NCBI RefSeq assembly: GCF_001194135.2
Contig: NC_068983.1
Location: 146,198,374-146,262,373 of the forward strand
DNA length: 64,000 bases
Reading direction: 5' to 3'
DNA from: Octopus bimaculoides
Taxonomy: Eukaryota
Under the pieces are notes generated by a model. That model searched no databases. It saw only the letters and a list, made by a program, of their open reading frames with translations, and was not told where the DNA came from. Below, one piece after another: positions 23,937 through 51,790 of this stretch. Position 1 is the first letter of the stretch; the number at the start of each line of letters is the position of its first letter. A program made the position numbers and the translations under genes.

Positions 23937-24837
23937 ACAGGGTGCAGAAGACATTTGAGAACAGATTTATGTTACCCCTGCTGGCGACAAAGGGACTCTC
24001 ACTCAGAGTAAAAGGCAGACTGTATGACGCATGCGTACGAACAACCATGCTACATGGCAGTGAAACATGGGCTGTAACTGCTGAGGACATACGTAAGCTC
24101 GCAAGGAATGAAGCCAGTATGCTCCGTTGGATGTGTAATGTCAATGTGAATACCCGTCAGAGTGTAAGTATCTTGAGAGAAAAGCTGAACATTAGAAGCA
24201 TCAGTTGTGGCGTGCAAGAGAGACGATTGCGCTGGTATGGACATGTGGTGAGAATGGAGGAGGATNNNNNNNNNNNNNNNNNNNNNNNNNNNNNNNNNNN
24301 NNNNNNNNNNNNNNNNNNNNNNNNNNNNNNNNNNNNNNNNNNNNNNNNNNNNNNNNNNNNNNNNNNNNNNNNNNNNNNNNNNNNNNNNNNNNNNNNNNNN
24401 NNNNNNNNNNNNNNNNNNNNNNNNNNNNNNNNNNNNNNNNNNNNNNNNNNNNNNNNNNNNNNNNNNNNNNNNNNNNNNNNNNNNNNNNNNNNNNNNNNNN
24501 NNNNNNNNNNNNNNNNNNNNNNNNNNNNNNNNNNNNNNNNNNNNNNNNNNNNNNNNNNNNNNNNNNNNNNNNNNNNNNNNNNNNNNNNNNNNNNNNNNNN
24601 NNNNNNNNNNNNNNNNNNNNNNNNNNNNNNNNNAAAGACACCATTTCGAGCGTGGCCGTTTTCGTGCGGGTGACACGTAAAAGCACCCACTACACTCTCT
24701 GAGTGGTTGGCGTTAGGAAGGGCATCCAGCTGTAGAAACTCTGCCAAATCAGACTGGAGCCTGGTGTTGCCATCCGGTTTCACCAGTCCTCAGTCAAATC
24801 GTCCAACCCATGCTAGCATGGAAAGCGGACGTTAAAC

Positions 24838-24870
<33 letters not shown>
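23937..24870 (+). mobile_element. 5'-truncated RTE LINE (ORF2 C-terminus, 3' UTR, (GAT)n tail), interrupted by a gap
   Basis: LPLLATKGLSLRVKGRLYDACVRTTMLHGSETW...RRLRWYGHVVRMEED. The tail is CCATGCTAGCATGGAAAGCGGACGTTAAAC(GAT)11. Confidence 0.92.
24266..24633. other. Assembly gap (368 N)
   Basis: Run of N at the position where the ~66-nt 3' UTR array would lie. Confidence 1.
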
Positions 24871-24871
<1 letters not shown>

Positions 24872-25164
24872 TTCTTTAAAAACAAACAAAAAAAAAAGAT
24901 ATATAATAACAGATAATAATTTTCTTACCAAAAAATGCTATGAGGATAAAAATAAACCTTCTTTTCTATAACATTTTTCAATAAAGCTACCTTCAGCTTC
25001 AGTAACTGCTTTTATACGAGATCTAGATTGTCTACATGTGCTTGAACCAAGTGGTCCTGGTTCATTCTGAATGTTTCTCTGATTATTGTGGCTTTCAAAG
25101 AATCTTTGGTGTAATGTGTGTGTTCATTGACCTCTCTCTCAACAGCACTCAGCATGTAATAGTT

Positions 25165-25882
25165 TGTAGTATGTCTGTATTAGCTTAGTTAAAACATGCA
25201 TTTTTGGACTTCAAAGTAGGCTCAAATGACACTATCAGTTTACAGCTTTATTCAGTCTGTGATTGGCTGAATTAACTAGTTCCCTTGAACAGGCGTTCTC
25301 TGCTATGTCTGATTGTCACTTACATAATGTGCCTGCCACCATGATTTAATCGAGTTCCTTATCTCGCTTCTCTAAAGGACTCCTGGCATGCAGTTTTGTT
25401 CTATCATGTTAACGCTAGTCTCTCACACACAAGAACAGTCTTCGTCCACGTGCGCCAGCAGATTTGACCAAACTCAATGCCGTCATCTTTCACACTTTTC
25501 TAGAAACACCTCTATCAAGTTTCCTTCTATATATACAAAGTACAACTAATGTCTTCATGCATTCATTCATTTACTGCTAACACACCAGAGACATCTCTAT
25601 ACAGAACTCTATGCAAGGAAAATCATGTGTAATCCACTGCTACAATAAAACTTTATAATCTTAAAGTGAGTTGTATATCACCACACGGCTATCAAGCACA
25701 TGAACATAGTTGGCAACATCTGTCAGCCACCACTGCTATCGACAATTACCATCGCTAATATCATTATCTTCAACCAATGATCATTGAGTCAACCCGACGT
25801 GAAAACAACTTTTGTTGAACTAATAACCAACAGACTATGTTAAGATGGTGGTACCCACAAACCACCACACTGGTGACCTTCA
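25165..25882 (+). mobile_element. Probable solo LTR, copy 2 (lacks the 48-bp insert)
   Basis: Colinear with 11541-12309, with TG...CA ends and AATAAA near 25585. Confidence 0.5.
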
Positions 25883-26199
25883 GCAAACCTTTCTATTCAC
25901 ACACACAGCAAATCCATCCACTTTGCTAAAAATCCAATGGATTGAGATCTAGGGAATTAGGAAGCTAAATGTTAGGGGCTATGTGATCATGAGAATTTTC
26001 AGCCATCCTATGTCATGCCTCACTGAGCAAACATGTACATAGGTAAACATGTTTTGATCTTATCAGACTTTCTCAGTGAAGTATAGTCTTCTTGTACTTA
26101 CCAGACTTTACAATGTCTGTGAGAATTTATAAGATTATAGGCAAATTAGGCACAATTATCTTTGTATATTTTACACTACTAAATGTTATATATCTTACA

Positions 26200-26720
26200 T
26201 GAATATGCAGTTAAGAAGCTTGTTTTGCAACCATATGATCTCAGGTTCAGCACTATGCAGCATTTTGGATATCTTCTACTATAGCTCCAGGACAACCAGT
26301 GCCCATGAGTGAATTTGGTTGATAGAAATTGTATAGAAGCCCATTGTGTGTGTGTGACTGCATGGTAAGAAACTTGCTTTCCAACCACATGGTTCTGGGT
26401 TCAGTCCCATTGTGTGGCACCTCAGGCAAGTGTCTTAGCTATAACCTTGGGCCAACCAAAGCCCTGTGAGTGGATTTGGTACATAGAAACTGAAAGAAGC
26501 CTGTTGTATACACCACCGCTTGACAACTAGTGTTGGTGTATTTACATCCCCATAACCTAATGGTTCAGCAAAAGAGACTGATAGAATAAGAACCAGGCTT
26601 TAAATAGATAAATACTGGGGTTGATTCATTTGACTAGAAAAAATTCTGGGAGTGATTTGTTTGGTTAAACCCTTCAAGATAGTGCCCCAGCATGTCTGCA
26701 GTCCAAGTAAAAGATAAAAG
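26200..26720. mobile_element. Two adjacent SINE family B copies in opposite orientation
   Basis: About 26200-26360 (-) and about 26370-26720 (+; CTTGCTTTCCAACCACATGGTTCTGGGTTCAGTCCC...CCCCAGCATG). Confidence 0.75.
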
Positions 26721-26957
26721 CACAAAAAAAGATATAATACATGTAAATTCTTAAGCTGAAATTTGAATCCAGAAACCTTATCTTTATACAGGTTTCTAAT
26801 AACCTTAATCTCTGTGCTGTGGTATCCAGCCTACATCCTTCCATGTTTTCCAGCCTACAAGTAAAAGTTTTCAGATCATAGTTTAGTCAGAGAGGGCTAG
26901 TCAACATCAAGACAACTTTGGAGGTCCAAAAATTCTATGCATTTACACTATATACTA

Positions 26958-27191
26958 TGTCTACTTGAATGCTGGAAAATATGGTAATGTTGAAAATCCC
27001 AACATGAAAATGAAGGTTAATGACTCCAAAATCTTAAACATCATCATCATCGTTTAACGTCCGCTTTCCATGCTAGCATGGAAAGCGGATGTTAAACGAT
27101 GATGATGATGTTTAAGATTTTGGGGTCATTAACCTTTATTTTCATGTTGGGATTTTCAACATTACCATATTTTCCAGCATTCAAGTAGACA
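26958..27191. repeat. 234-bp near-perfect palindrome (117-bp arms, no loop)
   Basis: The axis lies between 27074 and 27075, inside CCATGCTAGCATGG. There are 3 mismatched pairs (27012/27137, 27025/27124, 27059/27090). Confidence 0.95.
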
Positions 27192-28809
27192 ACTCTAATA
27201 GTAACTCCTTTTGGAAATACATAAGTTTTAGTCTTTTTCCCATATTATATTACTTCTGTTCTGTTGCCAAAATTGATTGTTATTATTATTATTTTTCAAA
27301 GTTTTAGATGATGCTTAGCTTAATAAACATAAGATTATGAGTTACAGCTTTTACTACTGTTTTGTTTTGTGTTATGAACAATATACTTGTCTGTTATTTG
27401 CTTCTCAAAGTGAAATCCAAAAGATGTAAATTTATGGTTCACTGCTGCTCTGAGATCTTTAAAGGTACATATTTGTCAGGTATATTATATGGGGCAAGAA
27501 ATTTATCTTCAGCTTTACTGAAACGCAATGTTGATTTAAGCAAGTTTAGACAAGAGTCTTTTGCCAATGACTTTAACATGTGTACAAACGTTGTGTACCC
27601 AGGTGATGGGGGTTGTGTTTCTTGAAGCTTCACAATCTCCTTCTGGTCTACCTTTGCCCCTCTCCTTTCTTCATCGTCTTCTTATCCACCTCCTCATCTT
27701 TCTTCCTTTCCTTCTCTTCCTCATTACCACCATCCCATCACCATCATCATTTGTGATCCAGCAAAGGAGCCTCTATGCAGTCATTTGGCCTGCTAGAAAT
27801 AATAACCAAATCTCATGCAAAGAGAATACAATGTGTTTTGCTTTTTTTTTTTTTTTCTTAAGGGACACAACTAATAATGTAGTCTTAAATTCACTTTGTT
27901 TAAAGGTAAAATACGAGGGTCATGCCATGAACAGCTTTGGTCATATATCTGCTGGATCAGAGCTGCCCTATTATTATTACTATCTTCAGTATTGTTCTCT
28001 TTATCATGGTCTCCACCACCACCATCTTCATCCTCCTACATCCAGAACCTGTTCATTTATTTTCTTTGTGTTGTTATGTGTAGGGTAGATATTGCTTGTT
28101 GTTGTTAGAACTGTGTTGTTTACCCCATCCCAAGACTGACTCTAATTTAACAACTCTATGGTCAAAAGGACTCAAGCCACGACCATTCTGTCTTTATGTA
28201 TATCTAGAATTCCATTGTCTGATATAGCCTTTTTTTATTTTTTTAAGAGCAGTAGAGTGTGATTTGAGGGTAATTTGGTTGCTATTTGTTGCAGGTTGAG
28301 TGACAGCATAGCTCTCACTGTTGCTTTTGAATATTCTGAGTAATAGAATGGACCAAAGTAAACTACCAACAATACCTCAATGATTTAGTAACCAACTGGA
28401 ACTCAGGTTGGTTGAGTGGTTAACATAATCGTGTATCCTACTTCCTCATAGTTCATGACTGATATTTTACAAAGAAGAAGATTTAAAGAAGACTGCCTTT
28501 AACCATTGAGATCTAACTGAGCTGTTTCCTGATATCAAAGTTGTGGTCACCTCTTCTTTCACCAACAACCAAACCAAAACCAAACACAAACAATGTCTAA
28601 ATTGCAAAATTATACTAAATCAATTGGACAATTACTTTTTTGAACATTTAACAGTACCAGTTCAGCCTGAACTCCACTCATTACCTCTTACACACAAACC
28701 ACAGATCTTGTTTGTCTCCAAGATGTCAATTTATCTCTGTAGTCCAGATAACATTCTATATTCAATCTTCACTTGGAAAGCTGGTGTTTGAACATAGAAT
28801 CCTCTTTTC

Positions 28810-29140
28810 CTATTACTCACCTGAATATCAGCAACAAAGGCTTCCATTTACTCTGCTTCAAACATTTCCTTCCTTACTACTCTAGATTCATCAGCTGCAT
28901 CTACTAAGTAATTTCTCCAAGCCACCAGCAACTGTTTGATCACTTCCTGTCTTGCATCAAGGATATCTGTTTCACTTCAACCCTTCCTAAAGTCATCATC
29001 TTCAGTGATTTCAATATTTACAACTCCTCTTAGCTCTCACACACTGATACTGTTGGGGAAGATGGAGAATCTTTTGCTTTACTGAATGTTCTACAACAAT
29101 TAGCATAATTCCTGACAAACTCAGACATTCCCGGCACCTT
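28810..29140 (+). mobile_element. Jockey/L2-like LINE endonuclease fragment
   Basis: Reads LFDHFLSCIKDICFTSTLPKVIIFSDFNIYNSS*LSH, a decayed I-x-GDFN APE motif. Confidence 0.55.
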
Positions 29141-29466
29141 TCATTTCTTGTTCAACCCTCAACCAAACCAAATCAAACCATCACCAACTCTGTACCTCTC
29201 AGATTGACTAACCTCTGTCTAAATACAACTGCTTACACACATCCATAATTAATGCAGTGCTCATACCTTTCAAATTGAATGGTACTTCAATTCAATTGGC
29301 TAGTCAGAGCTTCCTCAGTTTTACATTAACTATTATTGGCAGTAAATCAGCTTCACTCTTGACCTATCCGAGATAGCCAAATAAGTGACTAAAACTATCA
29401 ACTTACTCATGTTCCTTCACATTTCTTATGCAAAGCCCATAACTCAGACCTTTCAAATAATTTATA

Positions 29467-29635
29467 TGCTGCAGGCATAGCTGAGTGATAAGAAGTTTGC
29501 TTCCCAACGACATGGTTCTGGGTTCAGTCCCATTGCATGGCACCTTGAGCAAGTGTCTTCTATTATTATAGCCTCGAGCCGACCAAAGCCTTGTAAGTGG
29601 ATTTGGTGGATGGAAACCGAAAGAAGCCCATTGAT
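29467..29635 (+). mobile_element. SINE family B head
   Basis: TGCAGGCATAGCTG.GTG.TAAGAAGTTTGCTTCCCAAC.ACATGGTTCTGGGTTCAGTCCC...GAAAGAAGCCC. Further copies lie near 30195-30355(-), 36255-36400(+), 44170-44420(-), 50690-50845(-), 57975-58130(+) and 58810-58960(-). Confidence 0.8.
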
Positions 29636-31214
29636 GCTTACAGGAAGGATCCCTACTAATGTTACAGAAACCTCCTACACATAATTCTTCAACCATCATG
29701 ACACTAAAATCTTCCATATTTGCTCTTCTTCCACCATTCATATATAGGTATCATTTAGATACCTCACATCAGATAATAACTACCACCACTACCAGAGACC
29801 TCAAAAAACTTCCTCCAATAGGGGATATAACAAACTTGCTCAGTCATGCAAAGATATGTTCACTGCATGTATAAAGGAAACAATCTTCTATTTTACCCCA
29901 TTACTCTCAGACAACATGAAATAAAAACCCTCCGATTAACTGTCAATGTAAGGCCTCAAAATCAGTGATGAAATTTGTTTGGCATTCTTATATTTGTAAG
30001 ATAGCAAAAAAAAGACTAACCTTCAACAACAGAGATAGAAAACCAGTCCTGAACATTTACTGACTCTTCTAGAAAGTTGAAATGAGACTTGCAATCTGAA
30101 ATGTCTCCCACATCTGGGACAGTGCCTGCTGTCACACACCAAAACAAACACACCTTTACCTTAAAGAAAGCCACCCAACAGTTGATAAATACTCATTCAT
30201 GGACTTCTTCCAATTTCTGTCTACCAAATCCACTCACAAGGATTTGGTTGGCCAGGGGGCTATAGTAGAAGACACTTTCCCAAAATGCCACACCATGGAA
30301 CTGAATCAAGAATCATGTGGTTGGGAAGCAAACTTACCATACATCCATGCCTACACTGATACATTAAAACAAAACAAAAAAAAAAAAATAACTGAGAGAG
30401 ATTAGTGAAATAATATATGAAGAGATCCAAAGACCTGGTCTTTGTCAATATGACTATTTATAGTTATAATTTTTAATGGTGGCACAAGACATGGTTAGGG
30501 CATTATCTGTTCTATCAACTGCATATTGTCAGTCATTAGAGTATCAGATGAAATGCCCTGCAGTATTTTGTTTCAAGTCTCTATGCTCTAAGTTCAAATC
30601 CTGCCAAAATCAGCTTTGCCTTTCATCCTTTTAGAATTAATATAAAGAACCAGGTGTTGAGTTCTCCTTCCCCATGACCATTTAGTTTCTTTGCATGTCT
30701 TTCTCAGAAACAGCTTTGTTGTGCAGTGAGATTGGAAGCAGGAGACCACTCACAACATCCCTTGCTCTAATTATTCTTTCCACTATGGGCACAAAGCCTG
30801 AAAATTTGGGCAAGTAGACCAATCGATTACATCAACCCCAGTGCTCAACTGGTTCATATTTTATTGACTTTAAAAGGAAGAAAGATAACGTCGACTTTGG
30901 CGGAATTTGAACTGGTTCTAATAATAGAATAGGGTTGAGAGAGTGGCTAGCAACCTCACATCGGTTTCAGTCAATTGACTGCAGCCACGCTGGGGCACCG
31001 CCTTGAATGGTTTTAATCCAACAAATCGACCCTAGGACTCTAAAGCCTAGTACTTATTGTATCAATCTCAAAGGCAAACTTTGAACTCAGCCATAAGGCA
31101 CTATTATTAAATACGCTGTATTTCTACCAGCATTTCACCAAATATGTCTCTTTAATTGCTCTCGATTGGCACTAACTTCAGAGGGTAGAATTATGCGCTA
31201 GTGGCTTACCTTCA

Positions 31215-31860
31215 AAAGTGTGCCCCACCCAACTTAGTTTCCTCAGAACTTTAAGAAAAATGGATATTTTTAATGAAATTTTCTACAAATACCTTCAGAT
31301 GATGTAGATTCCGAGTATATCAGAATTTAATTTGAAAAGAAAAAAAGAAATCGAAGGGTGTACACACACATACATACTGACACATTACATATCTACAAAA
31401 CGAAACTTGAAATTTGGAAAAAATTGTGATGTATGTATTTGTGCGCGTCCACCAATTTGAAAGATATTTGTAGAAATTTCATTAAAAAAATATCCATTTT
31501 TCTGAAAGTTATGAGGAAATGAAGTTGACTCGTGTGAATTTTCCGAAACTCCTCTCCGAAAAAATTTTCACAAATTCCGATATAATCGGAATCTACGCCT
31601 TCTGAAAGGTATTTGTAGAATTAAAATACCAATTTTTCAGAAAGTTATGGGGAAGTAAAGTGGGAGGGGCTACACTTGTTTAGGTATGCTGAATTAATTT
31701 TGAGGTCTATTTGAAAGTGAAGTCGATAAAGTTGGGATTCGAGTTCAGTATGTAAAGGGAGGTAACTGAGTTCCCCGCATTATCGCATTTTCACCGTAGT
31801 GAAAATCGTGCGGGTGTTAATCTGAAAATTTACCTAAAAATGTTCTAACGGGAAATTATT
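31215..31860. mobile_element. Helentron/HINE-like non-autonomous element(s) with internal inverted repeats
   Basis: AGAACTTT.AGAAAAATGGATATTTTTAATGAAATTTTCTACAAATA (about 31225-31272) is mirrored at about 31465-31516. Related to 18350-18690. Confidence 0.5.
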
Positions 31861-32191
31861 CTATTCAATGTCTTTCTGTTAGAAACGTTTAGACCTTTAG
31901 CTGGTATTTTTAGCATAACGAGTTTTCTGATGACAGTTTCATTGCTTGCCTCTTCAGTAGAAATCTACGGATGCACAAACGCACAAAACGGTTATGATCA
32001 TCCAAAGTCGGTGGGGCAGGAATCTGTAGTTATGCCAAAATTATGAGGGGTTGTATGGGGCGCGTAAACCAGAATACCGCCTAATTATACTTAATTTGCT
32101 TCACAAAATAAAAATAATATAACTGTCGGTCAAAGAACAACAATAGCGTTCAGTTATGTTTGTAACATGTAGTACCGAACGCAAACGAGAT

Positions 32192-32938
32192 CAGGGGTCG
32201 GTGAGCAATTACAGGGGGTCGATGATAGCCAAGGGGTTGAATGGGGGTCGGCGTGCGAAGGACCAGCTCACTCAGATGAATCGCTTGAAATACTTAGCGC
32301 CATGATAAATTTTCACTGCAGCAAGAAATCTGCTGTTGCTAACGTTCGAGGCCTGATTTAATCTGTATCGCAATCGAAGATTGAGAGGTGTGATTGAGGG
32401 GATGCGAACTGTTAAGTGTTTGCTTATAGAAATTGCCTGAACCTGAAGGAACGAGGTGATTTGAGACTGAAACTGACCAGCGGTCAGCATGGTATCAATG
32501 CCTTGGTTCAGGATCACCATGCTCATACCTCACATTGATGTTGTCAATTTCAATAAAAGATATTCCAGCAATACGATGCGTTTTCCACATTTTCTAACCG
32601 TGAAAACAATTTCATGAAAATTGAAAGTTTAACACTGTGTAGTCGTACACGTAGTTTTAAATGTAAAAAGTGTGTCATCTTCAATAGAATTTCTTAATTT
32701 TTCGTAAATGTATATTTTAGCTAACATTTTAATTGCTAGCATCAGAACCCGGTACGCATTTAAGATATGGTACGGTAGGGTAAAGTATTATGGTATTTTG
32801 AATGAGGAGGGTGATGCGGAAGGAGAAGTGGCTAAAAGGATGGGGGGGGGGGTCGATGTGGAAGAAATAGCTATAGGGAGTTGATGTAGAAGAAGTGGCT
32901 AAAGGGGGTCGATGGTCGAAAAAGTTTGGCGACCCCTG
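32192..32938 (+). mobile_element. Non-autonomous hAT (Buster/Charlie/ZBED-type) derivative
   Basis: Ends CAGGGGTCG / CGACCCCTG, with 8-bp flanks AACGAGAT and AACTAGAT (7 of 8 match). The internal frame RNCLNLKERGDLRLKLTSGQHGINALVQDHHAHTSH* resembles the Buster-type transposase C-terminus. Confidence 0.78.
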
Positions 32939-33429
32939 AACTAGATAGTCGCATAGCTTTGATAATGCATTTTCATGATCAAGTTAAAGTAAGCTAACAT
33001 AGCAGGCTATCTCGTCCTTTTTAAGTACAATGTAATTAGAACTAGATTATATTCTAGTGTCCTTCCCTTTCTAAGACAAAGGAGTTGATTTGTGTGTGGT
33101 TTGGCTGCTATTTCTAGCAGGCCGAATGACCAGCGAGAAGTCATGGGCAAACTGCGACTCGCGGAACTTTCTGAATGGAACGCCTAACGAAAAATTAACA
33201 TGATTTTTTTTTAGTAGTGCCGCTTGCTTGTTAAAAAGGGTTGTCTTTGTCGATTTAGAGGCAACTGTTGGATTGGCAGAAGTGTGAGGGCAATGGACAA
33301 AATATAGCGAGGCATTTAGTTCCAGCATTCTACTGAGTTCAAATCCTGCCGGGGTTAGCAGTTTCCTATCTTTCTGGAGAGGAGTGGTCGATAAAATAAA
33401 GCAGCAGTCAAGTAGTTGAGATTTAATAT

Positions 33430-33633
33430 TGATTTCAAACTTTGACACAAGGCCAGCAAGTTCGGGGAGGGAGTAAGTCGATTACACCGACCCCAGTATT
33501 CGATTGGTACTTACTTCATCAACCCCGAGGAGATGAAAGGCAAAGTCGACCTCAGCGGAATTTTGAACTCAGAATGTAAAGACGGGCGAAATGCCGTCAA
33601 GCATCGGTATACTAACGATTCTGTCAGCTCGTC
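33430..33633 (-). mobile_element. SINE family A
   Basis: Reverse complement of GAGCTG.CAGAATCGTTAG...CTGAGTTCAAA.TTCCGC.GAGGTCGACTTTGCCTTTCATC. Other copies lie near 30780-30915(-), 33280-33420(+), 37158-37370(+) and 41235-41468(+). Confidence 0.85.
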
Positions 33634-33753
33634 TCTTTTAGTAGAGATTTAATATTCCTATCAAGTATCTTAGATGTGAATGGAATTATAAATGGGAGAT
33701 AGGAGGTAGAGACGAAGTAGGTAGAAAATAATTCTCTTGCAATACTAAGTGAA

Positions 33754-48777
<15,024 letters not shown>

Positions 48778-49366
48778 TCTTATCAAAGATGGTAGGAGTC
48801 AATTGGCATTTTTGTTTCCTGGTAAAATATCTTATAACTTAACATAACGGCTGTCTTGCATCAGAATAATACATAGCTCCCTGCTTTATGACAAAATTCT
48901 TGAAGGAACCAAAACTGTTTAGTATTTCTTTGGAGTCATTGTTTGACATTTTAAAGAAATTTACTTCATGTCATTAAATAACACATTTACTGTAAAATTG
49001 GAGAAAAAAAACAAAACAAATATTTTGTCTGTCTTTAATGTTTAAAGTTTAAATGGACATTGGACTTCAAGTTTTCTTCAGTGATGCTAAACTGCATGGA
49101 TATGCACCTTTTTTAATCTAGCTGCAGAGAAGTTTGCAGTGAGTTACACTGTGATTGATTGTTAAAACAGCATTTAGTGCAGTCACTAAACTTGGGAACA
49201 AAGGGTATCTCTCTTCAACAAATCAGACACAAACATTTTTTTGATGTCAGTAAACTAAAAATTTTAGGTAAAAGCATCAAAACACTCTACGTTCATTCCA
49301 ATATGACAATAGAAACAATTGGGTGTCTCTGTGATAAACATAGCATCGATATTGTTTACTTGGGAA

Positions 49367-49397
<31 letters not shown>

Positions 49398-51711
49398 TAA
49401 TTTTTGTAAAAAAATTTTGCTTTCTACAATATGTAACTGAAATTTGCAGACATGTTTTGTATTTCCATGGCATCATAAATTATGTATCCGGATAGATTTC
49501 AGCAAGCTTAGTCAACAGTTTGGCTTTGCTTTTTGTTTGTGACTTTTTATTTAATGTAGATCACTAAGACTCTTGAGAAAGACATAAATATCATAACTCT
49601 CACTCTCTCTTTCTCTTTCACAGACACAGTCTAAGGCTAGTCATTGATTCAATCATATATGTGTGTGATGTAATTAAGATTCTGATCAGTCAGCTGGCAT
49701 AGGCTTATTGTCTCAGATTTTAATTATAGAAGCAGTAGATTATAAGCATTTCTAACTTTTTTTCTAATGCCATTAGTAACAATTAGGTACATACCATAAT
49801 CTCTCAGTTCCAAGTTTAGTATATGTATGTTGAAGTAAGTTAATAACAATGAAAGTTCAGTTTCTATTTAAAAGAAAAATAAACATTCTTCTTTATTTTG
49901 CTGTGTCTTTCAAATACACATTGAAGATATTTTGATGTTTCCTACAAAATTAGATTTTACATTAAGAAAAAGACTGATTTGAAAATATTGCTATTTTATC
50001 TATATCTTTTCTTCATTGTTGCGTTTGCCTAATGAAAATATCTCATTTTTCATTAAGTAATTTTCTTGGTAATCTCAAGAAAATATATATCATTAATACA
50101 AAATTCGTTATGATATTGTGTTGTTGCTTAGTTACCTATAATTAGATTGGAAATTACCTTCTAATAAGAAGTTAGCAAATATTTATTGACCAGCTTACAC
50201 ATTTTAAAGAACTTTTTCACAATTTTCAGGACCAATAAGTTATTTGTGACTTTGGAACTCTAAGATTATTCCATATCATCATCATTTTTATTAGTATCTA
50301 TTACAATAGTTTTATTTGTTTACTTGATTTAGATCTATTAGCACATAAAATCGAAACTTCTAAAAACAAAAAGAAAAATGCCAGTAAAAATTATCATTGC
50401 TTGTTACTTCTAGTCGTAAATTTGTTTTCCTGGTGGAATACTTTGGGACACTGAAAATGTTAACAATCATGCTTTGTCATAAAGTTTTCAGATTTTAATT
50501 TATCTTTTAATGATTTGGTCAGGAGAGGAATTACAGGTGATGGAAGGAGAGGAGGAAGTTATCTTCACACAGAAAAATTGGGCTGGATGCTTTCAACTGA
50601 GTTGACTCCTAATGACAACCGAATATCATGTAGTGGTATAAACCAAACGACAGGTTAATCCTATCATCCAAGAACTGGAGTGTTTACTCTGATAGGCTTC
50701 CACACAGTTTCCTTCTATCAAACTTCACTCATAAAGCTTTGGTCAAACTAAGGCTGCAGTAGAAGATATTTGCCCAAAGGGCCACCCAGATGCATTGATT
50801 CTGAACCCATGTAGTTACAAAGCAAACTAATTAATCACAAAGCCATCCAATTATAATAAATAGATCTTTCTAGCACTTCTAACTTAAAATTAACAAAACT
50901 ACAGATAAAACTGTACAGTGATTTGCGATTACTTTCCTTTAGCGGGGAAAATGTTTTAAGAACTTTACTCATCATAAATTGACAATATAATTATCTCCCT
51001 TCATCAAACAACATGCTTTGATGGACAAAGTTAACTGTTTACAGCTAATAAATTAGAAGGCCCTTTCAGATTATTTCTCATCAAATATTTATTATGCCTA
51101 TTTATGTAGTTTCATTTTAGTTTGTTTGATGCCTCCAAAGTTTGTGTTAACCCTTAATATATGTGATTGGTTTTCATTTAAATCTAATTGAATTGAAATA
51201 TTTTTCTTTTTTTATCAGGCAATTATGTGTCCTTTGTCTCTTCAGCACATGGTAGATCCTTTAATGAAGTTTAGTCCATAAATGTTACCCTGTTTGAGCT
51301 TTGATCCAATCATAGTAATGATTATTGGAAGAATGTTATTGTTACTCTGTAAATGTTGTGTTATCATAACCACAGTGTATAAATCAGTGGTTTTCAATTT
51401 GTATTCAAGTATACCCATTCCATCACTACCCCAATCATATTTAATTTGTAGTGTACTCTAATATTTTCATTGGAATATTTAAAACATTCTATTAACATAT
51501 TGACTTTATTCCAAGTCTTGAAACTCCTATAGGTACTAAAGGTGCTCTCCTGGCTGAAAAACAATGGTATTTCAGTATAAGGAGACATAGTTTTTAAAGT
51601 GAAATTTATCATGACATCATAAGGCAGAGCAAAAAATTGCAATATTTTTGTTTGCAAAATTTTTTTTATGTATTCATTTTAAAAATTTATTTAATTTGTT
51701 AAATTGACTTA

Positions 51712-51715
<4 letters not shown>

Positions 51716-51786
<71 letters not shown>
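51716..51786. repeat. (TA)n microsatellite (about 35 units)
   Basis: Seen directly; similar tracts at about 56816-56852, 61395-61424 and 62923-62960. Confidence 0.95.

Positions 51787-51790
<4 letters not shown>

Noticed and set aside
23942-24783. Long ORFs of 160-240 aa
   Set aside because: Their length is inflated by the N gap; the real part is an RTE ORF2 fragment.
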